Below are positions 1 to 6,988 of a DNA stretch of 64,000 bases, piece by piece (position 1 is the stretch's first letter; each line of letters begins with the position of its first letter). The translations under genes and the position numbers were made by a program. Below the pieces are notes generated by a model. The model was not told where the DNA came from. It saw only the letters and a list, made by a program, of their open reading frames with translations, and did not search any database. The stretch comes from Kiritimatiellia bacterium (GTDB taxonomy: Bacteria; Verrucomicrobiota; Kiritimatiellia; CAIQIC01; Lenti-01), in the NCBI GenBank assembly GCA_017527155.1, contig JAFXQI010000086.1, forward strand, positions 5,151-69,150. The letters are read 5' to 3'.

Positions 1-121
1 CCACGCCAAGCGAGATGACGTCCTTGCGGCCCGCCACGATGTCGAAGAACTTGCGGATGCCCGAAAACGGCAGCTCGCGGACGCGGCGCGCGACGCGGGA
101 GGGGGTGGTCGTGGTGTCCAT
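1..121 (-). CDS. PLP-dependent aminotransferase class I/II, N-terminal fragment (runs off window start)
   Basis: Minus-strand translation from ATG at 121: MDTTTTPSRVARRVRELPFSGIRKFFDIVAGRKDVISLGV, the typical SGIRKFFD...VISLGVG N-terminus; lies downstream of an Lrp gene. Confidence 0.8.
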   Translation of the reverse strand, partial: MDTTTTPSRVARRVRELPFSGIRKFFDIVAGRKDVISLGV

Positions 122-140
122 GGTCGTCCCTCCGCCGCGA

Positions 141-623
141 CTACGGACTGACCTGGAGGCGGTCGTCGGACTGGACCTCGCCGGCCATCAGGACGCCGTC
201 TTCCTTGTAGGTCTTGAGCATGAAGTGGGTGCCCGTCGAGAGCACGCCGTCGAGCGTGGAGAGGCGCTCGCTGACGAACGACGCGACCTGGCGGAGGTTC
301 TTGCCGGAAACGAACAGCAGCAGGTCGTACTTGCCGCTCATCAGGTACATGTTGACCACCTCGTCGAAGCCGCTGATGCGCCGCGCGATGCGGTCGAAGC
401 CGCCCTCGCGCTCGGGCTGGACGCGGACCTCGATGACGGCCGTCACCCGGTCGTCCGCGGTGAGGTCGTCGCTGATCATGGCGCGGTAGCCGCGGATGAC
501 GCCGTCGCGCTCGTAGCGGTCGATGCGGTCGGCGACGTCGGCGGGCGTGGTGCCGAGTTCGCGCGCGAGGTCTTCCACGCTGGTGCGGGCGTTGTTCTGC
601 AAAAGGGTCAACAGTTCGTCCAT
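141..623 (-). CDS. Lrp/AsnC family transcriptional regulator
   Basis: 160 aa; N-terminal HTH (LLQNNARTSVEDLARELG...GVIRGY) and AsnC ligand domain (MSGKYDLL). Confidence 0.93.
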   Translation of the reverse strand: MDELLTLLQNNARTSVEDLARELGTTPADVADRIDRYERDGVIRGYRAMISDDLTADDRVTAVIEVRVQPEREGGFDRIARRISGFDEVVNMYLMSGKYDLLLFVSGKNLRQVASFVSERLSTLDGVLSTGTHFMLKTYKEDGVLMAGEVQSDDRLQVSP

Positions 624-773
624 GGCTTTCTCCTGGTCAATCCCTCCATCCTAGCCGCTCCCCCGTTCCCTGCCAACCCCGAAAACACGCGCAGCGGCGC
701 TTGCGCGGCAGCGCGGCAACAGGCCCCGCTTTCGGGCTTGCGCGGCTGGGGGGAACGGGAATAGGGTGGGAAC

Positions 774-1580
774 ATGAACACGATGACATCCCCGATCCTC
801 CCCTCCCCCGCCCCCTTCGATACCGCGGCCGCGCTGCGGACCGCGGAGCACGCGGTCCGCGAAGCCGCCCGCGTGCTGCTCGACCTTGCCCGCCGCCCGC
901 TCGAAGTCGTGGCCGAAGCGGCGCACGACATCAAGCTCCGGGCCGACCAGCTGGCGGAAGCCCGCATCCTGGAGGTGCTGGCGGCAGAGTTCCCGCTGCC
1001 GGTGCTGACGGAAGAGAGCGGCGAGCACGGGGCGCTGGAGGAGACCTCGCGGATGTGGGTCGTCGATCCGCTCGACGGCACGTTCAACTATTCCCGCGGG
1101 ATGCCGATGTGCTGCACGTCCGTCGGGCTCTGGGAGAACGGCGAACCGGTCCTGGGCGCCGTGTACGACTTCTTCGGCGGGCACCTGTTCCTCGGGGCAG
1201 CCGGTATCGGGGCGACGCTCGACGGCCAACCGGTCCGGCCCTCCGGCGTGACGGACCCGGCGAAGGCCGCGCTGGCAACGGGCTTCCCGCACCACCGCGA
1301 CCTGGGCGACGCCTCGATGGCGCAGTTCCTGGCGCAGGTCCGCCAGTACAAGAAAATCCGCATGCTCGGCAGCGCGGCGCTGATGGGCGCCTACGTCTCC
1401 AACGGCTGGCTCGATGCCTACGTGGAAGACGACATCTGGCTGTGGGACATCGCGGCGGCGGCGGCCATCGCGCGCGCGGCGGGCGCGACCGTCACGGTCG
1501 CCCCGGGCACCGCCGGCCGCTGGGCGCGCACCATCGTCTGCGCGGCCACCCCCGAACTCGCCGACGCGCTCCGTCCCTGA
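774..1580 (+). CDS. Inositol monophosphatase family protein
   Basis: Motifs TEES, WVVDPLDGTFNY, RMLGSAAL, WDIAAA. Confidence 0.93.
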   Translation: MNTMTSPILPSPAPFDTAAALRTAEHAVREAARVLLDLARRPLEVVAEAAHDIKLRADQLAEARILEVLAAEFPLPVLTEESGEHGALEETSRMWVVDPLDGTFNYSRGMPMCCTSVGLWENGEPVLGAVYDFFGGHLFLGAAGIGATLDGQPVRPSGVTDPAKAALATGFPHHRDLGDASMAQFLAQVRQYKKIRMLGSAALMGAYVSNGWLDAYVEDDIWLWDIAAAAAIARAAGATVTVAPGTAGRWARTIVCAATPELADALRP

Positions 1581-1627
1581 AGGACTTCCTCGGAAGCCCC
1601 CCCTCCCCTCCCCCATCCCCGGCACCG

Positions 1628-2272
1628 TCATGGCGCGCGGAAGAGCGCGACGCGGCGGTCGCTAGCCGGCAGGAGTTCCAGCCCGTGCCGCCGGGCGATC
1701 CAGCGGAGGGTGTCCGCGTGGTGGAACGCGACGTGCGTGAAGTCGTCCGCGTAGCTCCAGGACGGGAAGGCGTCCGCGTCGGTCCAGAACCCGCTCATGA
1801 CCACCAGCAGGCCGCCCGGCGAGACGCGCGCGAGCATCGCGGCCCAGTCGCGCGCGGGGTCGCGGAAATGTTCGACGACTTCGGTGGCGAACACCGCCGG
1901 ATACCGCTCCAGCGGCGGCGGGTCGGGAAAGAAACACGGATCCCACCGGTCGCAGGCGATGCCGAGTTCCGCGAGCGGGATCTGCAGGGCGGGACCGGGG
2001 CCGCATCCGTAGTCGAGCGCGCGACGGACGCCGCCCAGATGCGGCCGCGCGGCATCGACGGCACGCCGCAGGAAGGAGACGTATCCGGCGTCCTCCGGTC
2101 CGTTGCGGTGCAGCGCGTAGCGGGCGGCCGCGCGGGCGGGATCGGGGAGTTCCCCGCGCACCGTGGCGATCAGCCTGCAATCGGGGCAGAGCCGGTGGTG
2201 GCGCCCCCAGCGGTCGGCCAGCGGACGGAACGGGCCGCCGCCGCCGCACAGCGGGCAGACGGGAGCCGTCAC
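1628..2272 (-). CDS. Class I SAM-dependent methyltransferase with N-terminal zinc ribbon
   Basis: GTG start overlapping upstream stop (GTGA); CPLC...CPDC; LDYGCGPG; EVVEHF; YADDFTHVAF. Confidence 0.85.
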   Translation of the reverse strand: MTAPVCPLCGGGGPFRPLADRWGRHHRLCPDCRLIATVRGELPDPARAAARYALHRNGPEDAGYVSFLRRAVDAARPHLGGVRRALDYGCGPGPALQIPLAELGIACDRWDPCFFPDPPPLERYPAVFATEVVEHFRDPARDWAAMLARVSPGGLLVVMSGFWTDADAFPSWSYADDFTHVAFHHADTLRWIARRHGLELLPASDRRVALFRAP

Positions 2273-3231
2273 GCGCCGGGCACCGCGGCGGCCGGCAGCG
2301 ACGCGGGCGGCGTCGGGACGGCCTTGGGCAGGATGAAGCGGGCGGTCACGTTGGTGCCGACGCCGAGCGCGGACGCGATGTGGAACTCGTCCGCCACGCG
2401 CTTGGCGTTGGGCAGCCCCATGCCGGCGCCGAACCCCATCGCCTTGACCCACTCGTTCGCGGTCGTCCACCCCTCCTTCATGGCGAGCGAGACGTCGGCG
2501 ATGCCGGGGCCCTGGTCCTTGGACACGATCTGGATTTCGTCCTCGTCGGCGCGGAACGTCAGCGTCCCGCCGTCGGAGTGGACCGCGAGGTTGATCTCCA
2601 GCTCGTACGCGGCGATGGCGACGCGCCGGATGGTCTTGGCGGCGATGCCGCGGTCGCGCAGGACGTTCTTGATTTCGGTGGACGCCTTGCCGGCGTTGTC
2701 GAAGTCGGCCTTCTGGATGCGGTAGGTCTTGAAGTAGCACGTCGCGTTGTCGTCCACCGGCAGCACGTACTGGTTCTCGATCCGCGCCAGCTCCCGGAAC
2801 AGCTCCATCAGCAGCCGCGAGTTGATCGACCGCGCCGTGATGATCCCCACCGGCTCGTTGCTCGCGTTGAGCACCGGGAAGCGCCGGTAGTCGTACTTGT
2901 TGAAGTACGACATCACGATGCTCAGCGGCATGTTCTCCTCCACCGTCACCGCGTTCGGCGCCATGAACTCCGACACCGGCGCGTTCATCCGGTTCTTCTC
3001 CAGCGCCTGGATGAGGTCCTCGATGCTGACGATGCCGTAGAGGCGCTTGTTCTCGACCACCGGGACCCCCGACACCTTGCGTTCCTGCATCAGGCGCTTG
3101 AGGTCGCGCATCGTGGCGGAGCGGGCGATGGTGACCAGGTCCTTGGCCATCACGTCGCGCACGCGGAGCTTGTAGAGCAGCTCCAGGAAGAGCAGCGGCG
3201 ACTGCTCGGCGGTCAGTTGCAGCGGTTCCAC
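2269..3231 (-). CDS. CBS-pair plus HATPase (RsbT/anti-sigma-like kinase) fusion protein
   Basis: Two CBS domains (VSGVPVV, YRRFPVL) followed by AAYELEINLAVH, DQGPGI, GFGAGMGLPN. Confidence 0.88.
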   Translation of the reverse strand: MEPLQLTAEQSPLLFLELLYKLRVRDVMAKDLVTIARSATMRDLKRLMQERKVSGVPVVENKRLYGIVSIEDLIQALEKNRMNAPVSEFMAPNAVTVEENMPLSIVMSYFNKYDYRRFPVLNASNEPVGIITARSINSRLLMELFRELARIENQYVLPVDDNATCYFKTYRIQKADFDNAGKASTEIKNVLRDRGIAAKTIRRVAIAAYELEINLAVHSDGGTLTFRADEDEIQIVSKDQGPGIADVSLAMKEGWTTANEWVKAMGFGAGMGLPNAKRVADEFHIASALGVGTNVTARFILPKAVPTPPASLPAAAVPGA

Positions 3232-3274
3232 GGCGCGCCTCTGCGGGTGCGGGGGATGCGGCGGCGGCCCGGCC

Positions 3275-3613
3275 CTAGCGGCCGAGCGCCTTGCCCAGCG
3301 CCACCGACGCCTCGAATTTGGCCATCTCGGTGCGGGCGAGGGTGATCCCGAGTTCCTGCGCGAGCTCCACCATGTTCGGCGGCGGAATCTTGCCGTTGGC
3401 GACGACGAGCGCGACGGCGCCGACGACGTTCGCCGTGCGCAGCGACTGGTCGGAGACGAGGGAGGAAAGCAGCAGCGGCTGTTCGGCGTCCATCATGAGC
3501 ACGTCGCTCATGAGGTCGGACGAGATGACGTTGGCGACGTCGGTGGCGTCGTGTGCCGGGTCGGACCAGAGGACCTCGGCCTCGACCGCCTGGAGGAGTT
3601 CGGAAAGTTTCAT
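3275..3613 (-). CDS. DRTGG domain protein
   Basis: SDLMSDVL motif, 112 aa, adjacent to the CBS/anti-sigma gene as usual for this family. Confidence 0.85.
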   Translation of the reverse strand: MKLSELLQAVEAEVLWSDPAHDATDVANVISSDLMSDVLMMDAEQPLLLSSLVSDQSLRTANVVGAVALVVANGKIPPPNMVELAQELGITLARTEMAKFEASVALGKALGR

Positions 3614-3744
3614 GGGATTACGTCGGTGCCTTTCGTGGAATGGAAATCGCGCTGAATATACACGACCGGTCCCGTCTGTTCAATCCTTGTTCCCCGGCCA
3701 TCGGGATCGGCTCCGACCTCCGTTGTCTCGCCCGCTGTTTCCAT

Positions 3745-3810
3745 GCGGACGTGAAGAATCGCGTCCCACCCCGTGGAGTGCCCCCGGGAGGGTCGCGCTT
3801 CCGCGCGACC
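3745..3810. repeat. REP-like palindromic element (GCGGACGCG..GAAGCGCGTCCCTCCC family), degenerate copy
   Basis: Similar to copies at 4097, 6751 and 18421; contains an inverted partner GGGAGGGTCGCGCTTCCGCGCG. Confidence 0.6.
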
Positions 3811-4096
3811 ATGCGCTCGGAAAAGGGCCGCTTTCCCCCCACCCCGCTCCCTCTCCGGCAGCACGTTCCGGTCGCCTCGCCCAATTGCAAACCACCGCAC
3901 ACGGAGCCCTCGCAAGCCATTCGCCCCCCATCCCGGCGGCGAAGGCGCCGCCGCGACGCACGCGGGGTACGATCTGCCCTTTCGCAGGCTTGCTATCATC
4001 TTTTGCAAATACGGAAAATATTGATGTTTCTCCCTATTTTTCTCCATGGTCTCCCCCATGAAAATCAACCATGGGCGTGACTGTTTTTCCCGTGTC

Positions 4097-4160
4097 CCAC
4101 AGCGGACGCGCAGAAGCGCGTCCCTCCCCGTGGAGAGCGCACCGGTCGCGCTTCCGGGCG
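4097..4160. repeat. REP-like element; 34-bp exact direct repeat with 6751-6784
   Basis: CCACAGCGGACGCGCAGAAGCGCGTCCCTCCCCG at 4097-4130 and at 6751-6784. Confidence 0.8.
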
Positions 4161-4210
4161 ACGTTGTGGGAAGGGAACGGCTGGAAGCCACGGAAACCGG
4201 GGGCGCGGCC

Positions 4211-4780
4211 TCACCCGCCCGCCGGGGGGCTCATCTCGGCGATGAAGGGCAGGGTGCGGTACTGCTCGTCGTAGTCGAGGCCGTAGCCGACGACCCAGAC
4301 GTCGGGGATGGAAAAGCCGAGGTAATCGACCTTCAGCGGCAGCACGTGCCGCGCCGGCTTGTCCAGCAGCACCGCCGTGCGCACCGAAAGCGGATTCCGC
4401 TGCCGGAACGACCGCACCAGGAAGTCCAGCGTGCAGCCCGAATCCAGGATGTCCTCCACCACCAGCACGTGGCGGCCTTCCATGTTCTGGCGGGTGTCCA
4501 TCATCAGCCGCACGTTCCCGCTCGTCTGCCCGCCCTGGTAGGACGCCACCGCGATGAAATCCACCACGTGCCGCCGCCGGAGCCTGCGCGCCAGGTCGGC
4601 CGTGAAGATGAACGCGCCCTTCAACACCCCCACCACCAGCAGGGGGCCCGCCGACTCCGGGCAGTCCGCGTCGATCCGCGCCGCCAGCTCCTCCACCCGC
4701 CGCCGGATCTCCTCCTCGCCGATCAACACCCGGCACAGGTCCGCCGGCAGCCGTTCCGATTCCCGTCCATCCATGGCCAT
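4211..4780 (-). CDS. hpt: Hypoxanthine phosphoribosyltransferase
   Basis: VGVLKGAFIF, PRPP motif VLVVEDILDSG, VVGYGLDY; AAAGGAG RBS before ATG 4780. Confidence 0.95.
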   Translation of the reverse strand: MAMDGRESERLPADLCRVLIGEEEIRRRVEELAARIDADCPESAGPLLVVGVLKGAFIFTADLARRLRRRHVVDFIAVASYQGGQTSGNVRLMMDTRQNMEGRHVLVVEDILDSGCTLDFLVRSFRQRNPLSVRTAVLLDKPARHVLPLKVDYLGFSIPDVWVVGYGLDYDEQYRTLPFIAEMSPPAGG

Positions 4781-4797
4781 CCGCTCCTTTCGGTCGT

Positions 4798-5466
4798 TCA
4801 CAGCACGATGCCGTAGCGCGCGCGGGCGTCCTCGACGGCCTTGCGCTCGCCCTCGTCGAGAAGGTGCGCCTTCGGCCCCAGGCCGGTCAGGATCAGCATC
4901 TTCGCGTAGTATTCCAGCGTTTCCAGGCGGAAATAAGCCTGTTCCATCGAGGCGCCCCACGTCACCGCGCCGTGGTTGGCCAGCAGGACGGCGGCGTGCC
5001 CGCGCAGGAAGGGGACGATGCTCTCCGCCAGTCCCGCCGAGCCCGGCGGCGCGAAGGGTGCGCACGGGACGGTCCCCAAGTTCAGCACCGCCTCGCAGAC
5101 GACCGGCCGGTCCATGTCCATCCGGGCGCACGCGAAGGCCGTCGAAAGCGGAGGATGCGCATGGACCACGGCGTTGACGTCGGGGCGGTTGCGGTAGACG
5201 GCCAGGTGCAGGTTGATTTCGGACGATATCCCGCGGTCGGGCCGCTGTTCCAGGATGTTGCCGCCGAGGTCCACCTTGACGAGGGTTTCTTCGTCCATGT
5301 AGCCCTTGGAGACGCCGGACGGCGTGACCCAGATGGCGCCGTCGGCGGTCCGGCAGCTGATGTTGCCGTCGTTCGCGGCGCAGTAGTCCTTGGCGTGCAT
5401 GCGGCGGCCGGCTTCGAGGATGTTGGCCCTGGCCTCCGCGTCGCTGGGGAGCTTCGCGTCAAACAT
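4798..5466 (-). CDS. Class II aldolase/adducin family protein (FucA/Ald2-like)
   Basis: DGNISCR, TPSGVSKG, SSEINLH, HAHP, LLANHG metal-binding motifs. Confidence 0.9.
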   Translation of the reverse strand: MFDAKLPSDAEARANILEAGRRMHAKDYCAANDGNISCRTADGAIWVTPSGVSKGYMDEETLVKVDLGGNILEQRPDRGISSEINLHLAVYRNRPDVNAVVHAHPPLSTAFACARMDMDRPVVCEAVLNLGTVPCAPFAPPGSAGLAESIVPFLRGHAAVLLANHGAVTWGASMEQAYFRLETLEYYAKMLILTGLGPKAHLLDEGERKAVEDARARYGIVL

Positions 5467-6580
5467 GGCGGCCCCCTTCCACGGCTTCCGCACGGGCGCG
5501 GAGCGTTGCATGCAACCGTTCCAGCGCCGGGCCGTAGGGCGGGCGGAGGACGCCGTATTCCGTGATGATTCCCGAAACCAGGTCGGCGTCCGTGACGTCG
5601 AAGGCGGGGTTGTAGGTGCGGACGCCCTCCGGGGCCATGGGCTCCGAGTACCACATCTCGCGGATTTCGCCGCCGGGCCGCTCCTCGATGCGGATGGCGC
5701 GGCCGTCGGGGATGGAGAAATCGATCGAGGAGGTCGGCACCGCGACGTAGAACGGAATCCCGTAGTGGTGCGCCAGGATGGCCACGCCCAGCGTGCCGAT
5801 CTTGTTGGCGGCGTCCCCGTTGGCGGCGAGGCGGTCGCAGCCCGTGATGACGGCCTGGATGCGGCCCTGCTTCATGACCGTGGCCGCCATGTTGTCGCAG
5901 ATCAGCGTCACGTCGATGCCCGCCTGCCGCAGCTCGAAGGCCGTCAGCCGCGCCCCTTGCAGGAGCGGCCGCGTCTCGTCCGCGTACACCTTGAAGCCGT
6001 ACCCCCTCTCGTGCCCCAGGTAGATCGGCGCCGTGGCCGTCCCGTAGCGGACCGTCGCCAGCCGTCCGGCGTTGCAGTGGGTCAGGATGCCCTGGCCGGG
6101 CTCGAGCAGCGCCAGGCCGTGTTCGCCCAGCTTGCGGCAGACGGCGATGTCCCCGTCGCGGATCCGGAGCGCCTCGTCCTTCAAGGCGGCCGCGATCCCG
6201 GCCGCGCCCCGCCCCCGGCAGCGCTCCGCCCGCGCAAGCATCCGGTCCAGCGCCCATTGGAGATTGACCGCCGTCGGCCTGGCGCTGCCGATGACGCCGG
6301 CCTCCGCGCGCAGGGCCGACACGAAGGCATCTTCCGATGCGACCCCTTCCTCCAGCATCCGGTTCGCCCGCACGTACAGCCCAATGGCCGCGGCGACGCC
6401 GATGGCCGGCGCGCCGCGCACCTTCAGCAGATAGATGGCCTGGCGGATGTCCTCCAGCCCGTCCAGTTTGAGGAACACCGCACGGCCCGGCAGCCGGGTC
6501 TGGTCGAGGATGACCAGCTTCCGTCCGTCGCCGGAAAGGCCGACCGTGTCGAAATCGCCGTGTTCAACGTCCGTTTTCAT
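5459..6580 (-). CDS. mtnA: S-methyl-5-thioribose-1-phosphate isomerase
   Basis: LDQTRLP, VRGAPAIG, RPTAVNL, LTHCNAG, ETRPLLQGARLT, ANKIGT, NPAFDVT. Confidence 0.96.
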   Translation of the reverse strand: MKTDVEHGDFDTVGLSGDGRKLVILDQTRLPGRAVFLKLDGLEDIRQAIYLLKVRGAPAIGVAAAIGLYVRANRMLEEGVASEDAFVSALRAEAGVIGSARPTAVNLQWALDRMLARAERCRGRGAAGIAAALKDEALRIRDGDIAVCRKLGEHGLALLEPGQGILTHCNAGRLATVRYGTATAPIYLGHERGYGFKVYADETRPLLQGARLTAFELRQAGIDVTLICDNMAATVMKQGRIQAVITGCDRLAANGDAANKIGTLGVAILAHHYGIPFYVAVPTSSIDFSIPDGRAIRIEERPGGEIREMWYSEPMAPEGVRTYNPAFDVTDADLVSGIITEYGVLRPPYGPALERLHATLRARAEAVEGGRHV

Positions 6581-6750
6581 GTTTCTCCGCTTTTCCCCGG
6601 TCATGGGGGGATCCACCCTAGCCGAGTCCCCCGCCGGTGGGAAGCCAAAACGCGGCGGCGCGGCAAGCCGTCGGGGCGGTACTTGGAATGTCGCCCCAAA
6701 GAGAGGATGGGGAAACAATGTGACCTCAATCCATTGTGTCGCACCTGCTT

Positions 6751-6815
6751 CCACAGCGGACGCGCAGAAGCGCGTCCCTCCCCGCGGAGAGCGGAACGGA
6801 TCGCGCTTCCGCGCG
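6751..6815. repeat. REP-like element, second exact copy
   Basis: Identical 34-bp core to 4097-4130. Confidence 0.8.
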
Positions 6816-6988
6816 CCCCCATCCCGGGCAGCCGCGGTCGCCCCGGCCGCCGCGTCTTTTCGCTTGAACGGGGGCGGGGGGGCGGGCAAATTGGGCGGCG
6901 CAATGCGGCGGCGGATGTAACCTTTCGCGGCGTTGCGGGAAAACAGGGCAGGCAAACGAGGTTTGCCACAACCCACAGAGGAAACACC

